Origin: Oopsacas minuta
Taxonomy: Eukaryota; Animalia; Porifera
DNA length: 64,000 nt
Reading direction: 5' to 3'
NCBI GenBank assembly: GCA_024704765.1
Contig: JAKMXF010000309.1
Span: forward strand, 186,001-250,000
The notes beneath the pieces are model-generated. The model searched no databases and was not told the origin of the DNA. It saw nothing but the letters and a program-made list of their open reading frames with translations. Positions 12,422 through 25,800 of this stretch are shown here, in pieces (the first letter of the stretch is position 1; the number at the start of each line of letters is the position of its first letter). The translations under genes and the position numbers were made by a program.

Positions 12422-13276
12422 TCAATCATTTTCATCAGCCCATGTGGAAAGACAATGATATATATATGGGATGATGCAAGAAGCTAAAATAAGAATAATG
12501 GGTAAACTAACTAACAACAACAATAATACAGCTAAAAGTATAATTATAACATGAGGAATAATACAAATAGTTGAGTAATAGAATATTAGCATTGCGACTA
12601 TACGTAGGTAACCAGAATTGCGTAGATCCCAGTGTTTACGTGGTGGATGAGGTCTCTGCTCTATTAACCGTACAAACCAATTCGAACGTGTGGGTAGCCG
12701 ATAATAAGCATCATCATCGTCATTACGGTTACGACCACCTCCTGGATATGATAAATCCTCATCAGCTGCTTCGGTTGGACGGATTATATGGTCACCGGAT
12801 ATGTGTGGGAGATCCTTCAATGCAGTTTGGTAGTGCAAAACCTCGTCATATGAAGGAGGATTTAAAATCGAATGAATGTCTAGAGCCTCAGGGGTTAACT
12901 CGCTCCGATCAAATATAGGAGGTACATCTTTAAAGTGGATGTCTTTCGCGGAATAAACCGCATCAAATAGCGACGCGTATGTTTGTGTGGGAGATTTCGC
13001 GATTTGGAAATGTCCAGGTGAAATTTGAATAATCACAATCTTCCTCAAATCATCTTTATTATATTTAACAAAGATGTAAAAATGGTGTTGAGTGTATATA
13101 GAGTTTGTTACGAGAAAACAAGTATGTAACGGCGTATTAGCTAATATTCTATTTGATACGTCCGGAGAAAGATCATGAAAGAACCATTTCTCATTTATAC
13201 TGAGTAGACTCAAACTACGAGATGAAATCGTCACGTTTTGCGGTTCATTTTCAGACAATAATTGGAATTCTGCCAT
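12422..13276 (-). CDS. Degenerate SH2 domain + PPxY motif + C-terminal membrane anchor protein
   Basis: WFFHDLS..SNRIL..CFLVTNS..F.IFVK..F.SLFDAV resembles SH2; PPSYDEV; about 48 hydrophobic residues at the C-terminus; single exon, 284 aa. Confidence 0.65.
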   Translation of the reverse strand: MAEFQLLSENEPQNVTISSRSLSLLSINEKWFFHDLSPDVSNRILANTPLHTCFLVTNSIYTQHHFYIFVKYNKDDLRKIVIIQISPGHFQIAKSPTQTYASLFDAVYSAKDIHFKDVPPIFDRSELTPEALDIHSILNPPSYDEVLHYQTALKDLPHISGDHIIRPTEAADEDLSYPGGGRNRNDDDDAYYRLPTRSNWFVRLIEQRPHPPRKHWDLRNSGYLRIVAMLIFYYSTICIIPHVIIILLAVLLLLLVSLPIILILASCIIPYIYHCLSTWADEND

Positions 13277-13894
13277 CTGTTTGAATCCCGAGTATAACGA
13301 AAATATATTAGAATAAATATTATTATTATAAATGGTGATTTAAATATTTTGAGGTAGTATCTAGCTAGGCTGTAGTCCACGGACGACAACAGGGGGTAAA
13401 ATTGGTATAGGGGCCCACGAGTGAAATAGTTCGGGACCGCTGGGTAACATTATAATGAAAGAACGTTTTCACACATTTTATCACATTTCCAGGTAAAACA
13501 ACTAGAAAAATATCGGTTCGAAAGGCTTTGGGAAAATCTCAAAGTTTATACTTTGATTCAAACAATTATTTAGATTTCTAAAATCCAATAAAATTCTAAG
13601 ATCCGTGCACCCTCTGGACTATACTGTGCTGATCTCAGAGATTCTAAATTATCAAAATATATGTAAATTTCTAGTACATATGCAATAACGTAATACATAT
13701 CATGCGTGGGTGAAAAGACAACCTTTAGATTCTACACAAGATCACACATAAATTGCCACATATTAATATAGTATATGTAAATACGGGGAGAAAGTGTTAT
13801 TAAACAAAGTCAAGTATATCTTACTCAACTTTAGTAAATGTGTCACAATTCAAGCATCAAAAATATACAAAAAAGTTGTGTTAAAATTCGCTTA

Positions 13895-16800
13895 TCACCG
13901 ATCCTTATGACTAGGATAATGGGACTTTGTTTGTTTTGTGTGTGATTTCATTGTTCGTAGGTAAGCTTGTTTCGTTTCTAGTTGTGTGTCAAGACGTGCT
14001 AATGATGCGAGGACTTTGTTCTCCTCGATGGAGAGTTCAGAGTGTTGTGGTTCTCGCGGCAGTTCACTCCATGCTACGAAATCAGAATTTGAAGTTTTAG
14101 GAGCTAAAGAATTGTTGGATTGATAAAAGGCGTATTATTGAAATTAATAAACATCACACCCTCGCTAATCCGAAAAGTAGAACTGTTTCAATTGCAAAAT
14201 AATGTTTTCAGATTAGTGAAATGCATTGAAACAATACTATAGGATCTAGGAGTACATTCTTTCGACAGTTGTACGGGGCATTAGGCGTTCGTCGATCACC
14301 AACTCATGATCCCGATCCTTGCACCAAAAAGGATCGTGAATGATCGTTTTTTCGATCACTTTTCTGAAATTTATAAGCATCTCGGATGATCTCCTATATG
14401 TAGATGCACTATTACGTGGCGGTGCGACCGTCCGTCCTTCCGCGCTGCCCTGCGAAATCTATCAGTCTCGATTGCCACGTCAAAATGGGTACATTTTCGT
14501 AGATATACATTTTTGGATCTAGATTCTCAAATTTCAAATACTGTCAGCCTGAAACGATCGAAAATATGATCGAAAAATTTTCGGGAAAACATGATCGCGA
14601 TCTTCCATTTGTTCCTAATCCCATACAAATGAACCTCCACAAACAGAGTATGTTACACTGTACTTATAATGGATTCTCATTATAGTGCGAAATTTAACAC
14701 TTACAAGGTCTTGCATCAAACTTACCAATTGTGACTCGATTAATCTTGGGATGTCGTTTAGTTAGCATTCTATCTGGTTTATATGTATGAGTTACTGTAT
14801 CAGAATTATCATATTTTTTCGCAGTTACTGCATTATTACTTTTGCGTAAATTTTCGCGAATTTGGCTCCATATTAGGTGTATATCCACGTCAGTTGGTGT
14901 TGTGTCTAGTGATAATTCTACTTCCTGCTGTTGTAAGTTGGGTTTACGTAAAGCGATTGGGTTGTTGGTTGAAGTGAGTGATTTTGTTTCTCCAATGATT
15001 GACAGAGAATTGAGATTATTTCCTAGAATCATAGATAAGTAAATCAGTAAATGACAAAATCTTCCTATTAGGAACTTGTTTCGTAGACATTTAGCCAGGA
15101 TTATAACTAACATTCGTCATAAAAATCGGAAAAAATACTGTACAAGTTGGCAAGTATGAATATCCCACCTTTGCTGGGCGTAGAAACTCTATAAGGGAAG
15201 GTACCATGCGGATACAATGCTGATACAGGAATATAGTTAGAAAGATTCATGTATTCTGCTCCTGCAAATCTAACTCTCCTCTTAGAACGGACTGAGTGAG
15301 ATGTAGTACGAGATTTTGATGTTTTCAGTATACCAACTAGTTTTATTGGAGATTCTAAGGGAGATGATAAACATTCAAAAAACGAAGAATTACGAACTAT
15401 AAATTGTGCAAACTTTATCTTTTTGAAAAATTTTTACCAGAAATGTGTGGAAATGTGATTAATGGCCAAAAGGTGTGAAATTGTCCTATCTATAAAATGC
15501 AAGGCCCAAAGTTCAAATCTCCATCCCAAAATGTACATATGTGCCAATTTTCATACTAATCAGACTGCGAAATTTCGCACGATCACTAGACGGAAGTAGA
15601 CTTCACACATCGTCTATGCCAATAGGGCTAGGACACCACCATATATAGAAATTTCTCAAATCAACGGTAACTTAGTTTGTATAATATCGCACTACGTTAT
15701 AACTTAATTATTAAAAAGTCCTGAATTACATTGTAAATTGCCCAATGAACTCTCAATTAATATCATGCAATCTGTAAGGATATTTCCCAAACTTGATTAT
15801 AACATGACGTCGTATCTATAATATCAATTTCTGGATATACCTTCAACCTCTTTAGCTTGTAAATCAATATCTTGTGTTGTAACTGTTACACAATCTTGTT
15901 TCTTATATCCATCTGCTAATCCAACCCAATCCCACCTATAATTATTATTTTTAAGATCTTTTGAATTATCTGTTTTACGCGAGGGAGGTTGTGGAAGATT
16001 TTCTTGTAGAGAGGGGACTAAGTCAGGAAGAGGGGGTGTTGGGATTCGAGGTTCTTCTAATGAATCTTGTAAGTCAACCGCACATTCAACTGAATAAAAT
16101 AAGTATCAAAGTTTAGCAAATTAAATGGGATTTGGATGGGAGATTTTCAGCAAATGTTTACGGAAATTCTAGACAATTTGCAGGAATTTCAAAGCAATTC
16201 GCATACTGAAAATACATTATTGCTGAAGTCTAATGTTCTAAAATAATCATCGTTATTATGCATGAAAATGCTGAGATTTAATGGATAATACGTAAAAGAA
16301 TATCTTTAGTAAGATATATGATGTAATGAATGTTCAAACTCCATGGAAATGAATGGGAATTACAAATAGAGTTCAATTTTAGGTAATTTGAGTTTATTAT
16401 AAGTATAGGGAAAAGGGAAAAGCAAGAAATGGTACAGTTTAACCCACACAAATGGGGTCCCAGGAAGCCGAGAATGCTATCCTGTTTCGCCATCTCTGCC
16501 AAATTCCCCGTTTGTGGAGGTGACACTGTCTTGCTAATTAGCTACTACTAGTTGTCAGCTCCTATAAAATGGTTAGCAATTTCTCATCGAATTCCCCAAG
16601 ATATAATTTTGATAAAATGTCGAAGTAGTTTCCAATACACGTAATTCCAAATGAATTTCGGTAAAGAGCTTAACTATAACTTACTATTTTCAAATGTAGG
16701 AGATAGCGGAGGAGAATTAGAGCTTGTACTATCAGATTCCACAGAAATAACTCGAATAATATCATTCGTACTAATCTCATTATTAACTAAACAGCTGTTA

Positions 16801-19800
16801 CCAGGGTCTAATGAATCGGATACCATTATGCTATTACTAGCGGGTAATGGTTCATTAGGTAGCTTATGCATTAATGGTGTAGTATTGGGTTGTATTATTG
16901 ATGAGGGTAGAGTGATTATGTCTGGGTTTGGTTCAGGAGAATGTGAGATCCATGTATTGTGTGTAGTTGGTGGATCTGGAAATGATACAAGTTAATTGTC
17001 TGGAAATCTACATACCGGGTATAGAAGTCTAAATTGTACAAATATGGTCCTGGACTGTCATAATCTTAATCGGCTATACCATATTCCATCAAATAAATTA
17101 GCGGTCTCTTGAGCTTAGAAGCACAAAATCAGTTAATTCGAAATTTCTAATAAATACTGTATTACCAGCTGCTAGAAAAACGATCCAAGAGTGTGATATC
17201 GTCACCCTCAAGAAGAAGATTTTTGTTCAAATGCAGGCCACGCTTGAGCATGCAAAAAATTGGATAATTAGTTTCCCAAAATATTTTCGTTTACTTTTAA
17301 TTGAAAAAATATTTTAACGAAAACACGCTCACGAAAATTTTAATGAGCGCACGGACGCTTAATCAGAGTAATACAATAGTATTATTACTTTGAAAGTCAA
17401 GGCCATCAAAACCTATTCGATATTCGGATCAAAAGATTTCCCCACCAAAAGTGCTTTACCTTTGTTTGGTGTAATATTCAGTTGATGTACTGTTTTCGAA
17501 AGTTTGTATTCAGAGAATAGTTTCGCAGGTTCATTGTATGTATAACTACTTGGATATTTATTAGATTTCGCAGAAAATGGAGTTGTAGACATCTGTTTAG
17601 TAAACCGTTCTATATCCAAATTCGGTTGTTTCAATTCCTCTATCAATTGCTCTAATGCTGAACTCATAGAATTGCGATTTTCATCGCCTTTCTCATTCTC
17701 ATCAGGATATGATTCACCAGGAGGATCTATAGCTAATAGGATACGGCCTTGTCCTAAAGTCTGAGGGGAGCTACGCTTTAACGTGTTAAGGTTAGGCTCT
17801 GAATCAGATGAAGTTACTTTAGAATTTGGAGAAGGTAGACTAAAGATAAAGGAAGATAAATACAGCCAACTCGCGTTATATCGAAGCTCAAGGAACCGCG
17901 ATAACTACTTCGGTATAAACGGATATTCTGATATACCGCGTTCGATGTAACGGGAGTCTACTGCAATTACGTTAAGTAGACCTCGCTAATCGGAACAGGT
18001 CCCAAATGTTAAACCTTTGGAAATTTGGAAACATTTCAAATGGCCTAATAATATCAAACTCTACTGCTGACAAATACATAATACAGTACAACCTCGATTA
18101 TTCAGACGCTTTTGACAGGTCTCAACCAGTCCAGATAATCAAAGTTGCACTGTACAATATTACACATGTGACAGCCTTTTCACCTTTGTACAACTCTCGA
18201 AACAATGTACTCACTCCTAGTTCCTATAGTATTGTTTCAATGCATTTCCACTAATCTGAACGAATTATTACGCAATAGGAGCAGTGCCGTTCGGATTAGC
18301 GAGGGTGGATTGCATTACTACAGTCAAATTTAACTGTCTCATTACGTATTAACTTTAGTCTACTGCAAATATTATAATATGTAAGAATCATTGAAAAGTG
18401 GATATTACATCATATTTATTATCACCAAAATTTCATTATTGAGGAATTAGACAAAATGGGCAATATTGTGGTCACATAATAAATATAATTATATTATATT
18501 ACAAAATATCCAAATATTTTCGGGGGATTTTGTAGCCAAAACAGTAAAATTGTTAGAAATTCAGAAAGGTATGCTCAGTTCAATAGTGACACCGATTCAG
18601 TTATAGGCTTATAGCCATCGGTTAATCGCGTCACAACACCTCCAAAAGCGATTAATCGGGTCAAACAGGTTTGGCTCCGAATGAACTCGAGTACCAGACG
18701 TATTCTCCCCCAATTAATATACCTAGAGACGTCATTTCCTCAAACAACAGACCTCAATGGTCACCTTTACTGTACTGTATTAATTATGCTTGCAAATAAA
18801 AGATAGTAACAATTAAAGTTTTGAAATTTAATGCATTTCTTGATAAAAATGAAAATTTAAATTACATTACTTATTAATCGATCAGTCTAACCGTCAAATC
18901 TGCATTATGTGTAACTATATGGATTTTACCATATATGGTATTCTTCAAAGGAATACAAATCTTGCATAAGAGAAAAGATACAATATAAGGCAATATCAGG
19001 CTGAGTCCTGCGAATAGAAATGTGAACATTGTCGAATACTCAATGACGTGATCTACTATCTTCAAGATTTGAAAAAGTTCACTTCTTAATGGAGCTGTTT
19101 TATGGCAAATATCGAATATTATCAACTTGAAAAGAATCGAGAAATGTCCAATGACTTCAGTGTATAAGAATAACGCGAAAATGGAATAAATCAAAAGGGA
19201 TAATTTTGTAAAATTTTGCAACATTTTTAACTGTCTCTGATATTTACCGTCTTGACTACCACGTGAATCACGTAAATGGTTTGTATGTTGTTTCAAAGAT
19301 TTGTAGAGGAGGTATAGCAGATAAATTACATAAATAAACGTCACAATTAGCGTACTCAAAAGAATGAGATACGCTACATAAAATGTAACACGAATTAGCA
19401 GAAGGATTGTAAAGAAGGGAATTAAGGAAAAGAGACTAATCAGAACTTTTGTGTAACAGAAACGAATTTCTTTCCCTTTTGAAGCGTAATACTGTATTAA
19501 ATAGTGTAGCAATGCAACCAGCATTATGAGGAAAATAAATGCAGAAATAGATGAGAGAGAAACCAGCAATCCAGTGTAAGGGAAATTGAAATAGAATCGT
19601 GGAGTTATCACATCAAATGAACACGATTCGTTATGGTATGTTAAATTACGTATATCAGCGTATAATATTATAAAACCGCGTTCAAATAGACCACAAAGTA
19701 AAGTAAAGAATTCCATTAATGAGATTATTAATAGTAAAATACATTTTACCATCAATACGTAGATATCTGTAATTCTCGTCAAAGCATTTGGATTCACATT

Positions 19801-22800
19801 TCCTTGATTCAATCTCAATTTATAACTCCGGTATGTAGTACGAAGTGTCAGAAAAATATAGAAAATCAGACTCAAATTCAAAGCAAAAAGGGAAATGATG
19901 ACAAATCCAGTTAAAATATCGAGAATTATCTCTACTGAATGAGGAAATTGTAATCCGCCAATATTTGTATAAGAAAGACCCATTTTATATCTATTTGATT
20001 TGGTTTGATTTGATAGAATAACATATTCAAATACACATTTTATAGTAGGAAATTAGCGGTGATTATAATTATCTAATCATGCAACGTTATGTAGGGAAAA
20101 CTTCAAAATAATTCCCTGATTCTTATCATTTGATAATATAAAGATGTAATAAAGGTCAAAGTTTTAACCTTAGTATTAGAATTAGTGTATAAGGAAATAC
20201 ATTATGATTATTTCAATGAAAATAGCTTAAGAACATTGATTTAGATATTATATAGTTCAGAGAATGGTTATGGCTTATGAAATATAAATGTATATATCAG
20301 GTGTGATATGCTTTTAAGATTATTGAGCAATATTTGTCGAACCCTACAATCTGTAGGGAAAGAGTTAGCAAATTGTCCTAAGGTGTTTTTGAAATTTCAC
20401 ATGCGGTGTTTGATGACATTAATCATAATTGGGGGACCAGACCTCCCCTCTAAGGTACCCCCGGATCATACTCATGGTCCGCCTTGGTTACAAATCCCGA
20501 TTTATGGCTGACAATATGCACAGATATACTCTTCAGTACGAATAAAATTGGGTCCATAATGTTCACAGAAAACAAACCAATATCAGAATTCATATGCTAC
20601 ATTGTACCTATTTTGAGATTGAAATGAACTTGCTCGTTTAACGTTAACAACAGCTTTATCTTGTTTGTTGATGTTTGAAGAAGCAAGATTAGGTTTCCCA
20701 GACTTCGAACTCTTTTTATCTAAACAAAAACAGGAAATTAATGTCGTTTCGGGAGCTTAAAACGTTCTTAAATGTTAATATTTAATAGTTTGATTGTTTG
20801 TTTGTTTGTTTGTTTGTTGTATATTTAAATTATATTTGAGAAGATACACTGTAAATTGTACCACGATATTGTAATTACCAATAATTATTAATAGACAACA
20901 ATAATGATTATAAATTAAAGTATTTTTCCCCGTAGGAAGAATGAATACAAGTATTATTAACAAAAAGTTGAATAACATTGCAATACTGTAATCTAGTAGG
21001 ATGGTAGTCAGCAACATTAACTGATTTAAAATATTCAGAATATAAGAGCTGGAAATCGCTGAAGTTCAGTATTTTCTATAATCATTACTTACTAAATATA
21101 GATTTATCTGTAATTAGCAGAATATTGTCTCAAAATTTTTATTGCTAATTTTCAATAAAATACTATGAAAATATGATATTCCATATGATATAGTGGAAAT
21201 ATTAAATGGGATCATTCCATATATATTCCAAATATCCCATCGGTCCTTTTGGTTGGTAACTAGGAGCGTAAATATTTATTTTTAGGAAAAAAATTACCTA
21301 GGAGGGAGTCTAAACTGGTTGCTTTCGTTCCCACCGAATATTTAGATATTTCAATCAACGGATGTATAGTTTCAATTAAGAATTCTGAAAGTAAAGATTA
21401 TCCAATTGCATGGCAAAAGCAAGAAGGCCAGTCTTGTGTAGGTGTGTGTGTGTGTGTCACATGATTAGGATGTCCATGTGATAAGTATACTATACATAAA
21501 TATGCTCACAGCATGTGATTATCTAGGAGCGTAAGGTACTCCTTGGACGTATGATTTGTGGCCAAAATATATAAGGAAAGTTGAAAATTAGCTTATTCCC
21601 TATATCGCAACATTAATCAACTGATTTATGAGTATGGAAATTTGGCAGGATGAACAGGAGCATGATCTCATGAATTTTTATATTCTTTGGCTGTCTGATA
21701 TTGAATTCCAACCAGCCCAATTTGTTGTGAACATATATCCTAAGTGGCAGGAGGTAAGTCACTGACTTAAGGTGTAACCTGTACGTACGTATGCTAGCAA
21801 ACTGAAATATATGTAATTCATAATCAAAATTAAGACATTCGTATATATTGCGTTGTCGCAAAATCTTTTGAAAGTATAAAAATGGTACAAAAACACGTAA
21901 ATTAAAAAAACACCAAACAAAAAATATTTTCCCTGAAAAGTGTCTAAACAGATGGTATTGTGTTGATATTTACAAATTTCCTTACTTTTGTTGTTGTTGT
22001 TGACATGTAACCGATGTGACATACATATATTATAATAATATAATCATTGCATCATATCTTTTTAAACATTATTAATTCAAACAAATCAAATTTTAACAAA
22101 AGGATTTTAATTTCTCCAGTATGCCACCAAATTCTCCTTGATAATTACCTTCTTTTCGTATCATATCATTCGGCATTGATTTACAAATCAATTCTCCTCC
22201 AACGGTGGCAGAGAATTGTTTTCCTGGTGAAGCTTTAAACGAGAATCTTCCTACTCCAAGTGCGTTCTCGATTTCCGATTTGAAAAGCTCAAAATCGTTT
22301 TCATGAACATATTCGACTTGTACGTTTACCAATTCTTCATTCTCCATTTTTGTGTAGAAAAATAATAAATAAACAATTATTGAAATACCTTACAGTTGTT
22401 TTATTATAAGAAATATAATAGAGCCTATAATAATACAAAATTCTTAATGTAAGTAACATAATATCTTTTAGAAATCATACTAGTGAATTCCAAATTTGTG
22501 TCAGCCATAAAAATAGAGTTGCTTGTTCTGAGAAAAAAAGAGGCAGGAAAAACATGTGCATAAGTGTAAAGATTCGCAGATAAAAAATACTTTACAAGAG
22601 ACTATAGCTTAGATTTGAATCATCCCATGTGTGGACATGGGGTATTCTATTTTACATTTCTACTGTCCCGATTTCTATAGTTTCTCCACCAAAGTGGCAC
22701 ACATTAATTGGGGCAGTTATCGCATATTCCATAAAATTGAGAGTATTTTGGAATGTAAGTTTTGTAACTCTCCTAGGCCACGAATAAATATCATCTCCCT

Positions 22801-25800
22801 TTTTGATTTATGGGAATATAATGTCAGTGGGCCACAATATTCGTTCGCTAATTTTGCTCTCCTGCTCCTAGTCGCACCTCTAGATGCAATGATACTGCAT
22901 CTCTCGCAAGCGCTCGTTTATATGTTTTCGGGATTACACTAATTACAAGTGTGCAGGAATCAGTGGCGGCCATATGGGGTGTTCAGGGTGTGCGGTGCAC
23001 AGGGGCCCCGATAATGTGGGAGCCCCCAAAGAGATCATTTGGAAGGAGAGTAGATTAACCGAGATTTTTGGGGAATGACTGGGCGCATAAAATCCCAGGT
23101 CAACCTTTATTCTAGTTTGAGTATAGTTAATTGTTTAGCTGATCTATGTATTCATGAAATTTGAAATGACATTAGTCAATAAACATAGGGTATGGCTACT
23201 ACAGGAATTTAAATGTATTTTTCTATATGTGGTAGAAATGTCTTTAAATCGCTATTTCAGTGTCTAAATATTAAAAAAAATTCTGAGGGCACCCCTTTAG
23301 GATAGCTCGCTGCGCTCGCGCTTGGACCCCCTAGGCAAATCCTGGGTCCGCTCCCTGTTATGCATGTGCCATGTGCATAATTTTGATCTTTTTTTATAAT
23401 TGAGGAGGGGGCCCCAAGAAAAACATTGCACAAGGGCCCTCAATATCCTATGGCCGCCACTGGCAGGAATTCACATATTTTGTATCCAATAGGTGATAGG
23501 AATAGGTGGATTCTAGTTATCGAATTAAATGTAAATCCAGCAAGTTGAATGTTGGTGAAGTCCACTCAAATTTACAAAAAGTTGGGGTTAATTTTGGCAC
23601 CAAAGTGACTCAACAATCAAATATCAAGTATTGGTCCAAAGTACGCCAGATATATTCTGACGCTCCCACCCGCCTCCTCTCTTAGATCATCAATGTAGAG
23701 GGGCACTGGGGCAGTTATATGTTACACATATCACCAAAAAGTACAAGTATATTATAAAATACTATTTTAGGTCCTCAAATAATTGCCAGGACCATTCACG
23801 ACAAGCTTAACATAAAAGTTCGTCCTGATAAGCTGTTAATGTAGAAACAAAACTTCACAAAAAGTGAGCATCTTATTAGACCTAATCAGCAAATAGCACA
23901 GATATTGGTTAAAATATTGTAAATTTTGAGTTTTTTTATTAATATTTTTTATCTAATTTTAATCTCACAATAAACACTTAATTAAAACAATTTTTATGAA
24001 GATCCAATGCGCTATTTTACAATACTGCTTTCGGCTCAGTATTGTTGATGGTTGATGAGTGGTCATACACGTCCATCAATTAGGTCAGTGGCTCACTAAT
24101 TATATACAAAATTCAAAGAATATATATATACACTCCATGAGCATAATATAAAGCAGTTGGTTCTATATAAATAGGTGATGTCAATATAATACTTTGGAGT
24201 AAGGATACATAGGATTCCTATGAAAGCAGTATTGTATGGTAATTAGTGTGCATAATAGTAATTCGTGTATTAGCATGGAAAATTCTTGTAAAATACGATT
24301 TGCTAGTAGGCAATTATGTTCTAACAAACTAGTACCATCTGACATTAGAACCTTCAAATATGTAGAAAGTTACAAACCAATGAACACAACAAAACATGAT
24401 AAGGAAGAGAATAACCGCGGTCCAGCTTACGGATATTCTGGAGTCTATGGGGTCATGCGAGCAGGTATACAATTTGAAAAATAGATCAATCTGGTCAAAA
24501 TACAGTGGATGCCGGTTATAAGAACATGCAAGATATAAGCACCATCCTCTGGAAAATGTTCTCATATATTCCTGTATATTTTATGCCTGTTATAAGAACA
24601 TGTATTCCTGCTCCAAAGGGTGTTTTATAACCGACATCCACTGTACCCAGTAAAATCATTTCTCTGTGATTTTTATCAATTTCAAAGCCATAATACCATA
24701 TACGGGCATAATAGCTGATGAAAATGACCTAACTATTATATAATTTAGACAGATAAGCATAATGACTTGAGTAACGCAATGGTATTCTAGAATATTCCAG
24801 ATACTAATACTCTATTGCATATTGAAACCACAACAATAATTGTGAAGGCTGCCCAAATAAATATGCACATATTCTCATATACTATATAAGTAGACTACAC
24901 AAGTAATTTTCTATATTCCTATTCACATTCCTTTTCACTTTCTTACTGAATTGTATTACAAAAGTTATCGCGGTAGTTTCAATTTGAAATGGCAGACGCA
25001 AAGGTTCATAATATAACTGTTCAGTATTGTGGCGGATGAGGCTACACCAGCCGCTACGACAAGTTTGTAGCGGCTGTTGAGGCGGACTTTCCTGGAAAGT
25101 TTAAGCTTGAAAAGAAAGTTGACGCGGGGATAACTGGGAATTTTGAAGTGACACACGGTGAGGTGCTAATTCACTCAAAGAAAGCGACTGGGAAGTTTCC
25201 CATTGATGGTGATTATGCATCAGCAAAAGAAGCTTTGGCTAAATTGTTGTAGTCAAGCTTAGGGCCAGCAGTCTACATGTAATCTCCCCAACTATTGTTC
25301 GTAACACTTTCTATCAACTCACACTGTGACGATTGAAGTAGAAGACTATGTTATACTTTAAATCTGATTTTTCGAGCTTGTTAGTTAGGTTCTTATGGTT
25401 TTTGGTTTGATTATTATGTATTCTGCTATTATTATTAAATTTCTATGTTAGAAAATGCAAAAATCTATTATTTGCATAATTAAGAATAATGGCCGAATTC
25501 CAATGGGGAATTAATGGTGGTTTATCGGTTGGAATTTGTCGAGACGAAGGGTAAATTTGAGGCTCTAAGAATTTACGTAAGGTAACGTTTACCCTAAAAT
25601 TGTGTCGTTCTTAACACAAAGCGGCACGAGTCCGAGACTTGTTAGCTCATCATCCACTTAACTAAAATATCAGGCCAAATAATATTTACTCCATGGCGAT
25701 AGGTAAACTTCTACAACCTGGTTAAAGTTGTTCTGGTAGAGGTCGCAGAGCCAAACCCGGGCCCGAGTCAGGCTTTAGGCCTATACTTTAGGAATCCTAA

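Noticed and set aside
18006-18254. 82-aa plus-strand ORF
   Set aside because: Lies wholly inside a MITE (17975-18312).
21980-22092. Possible SECIS downstream of the redox-dead Rdx paralog
   Set aside because: An AUGA is present but there is no pairable helix or 3' GA quartet.
23670-23705. YIDD string resembling a reverse transcriptase motif
   Set aside because: No other RT motifs nearby; the segment fits better as a tentative exon of the CEP126-like gene.
24236-24484. 82-aa ORF upstream of SelW copy 1 considered as a fourth Rdx paralog
   Set aside because: No similarity to the Rdx fold, no CxxU or CxxC motif, and no SECIS.
24965-25156. Track ORF on the minus strand (likewise 28851-29072)
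   Set aside because: Antisense shadows of the SelW genes.
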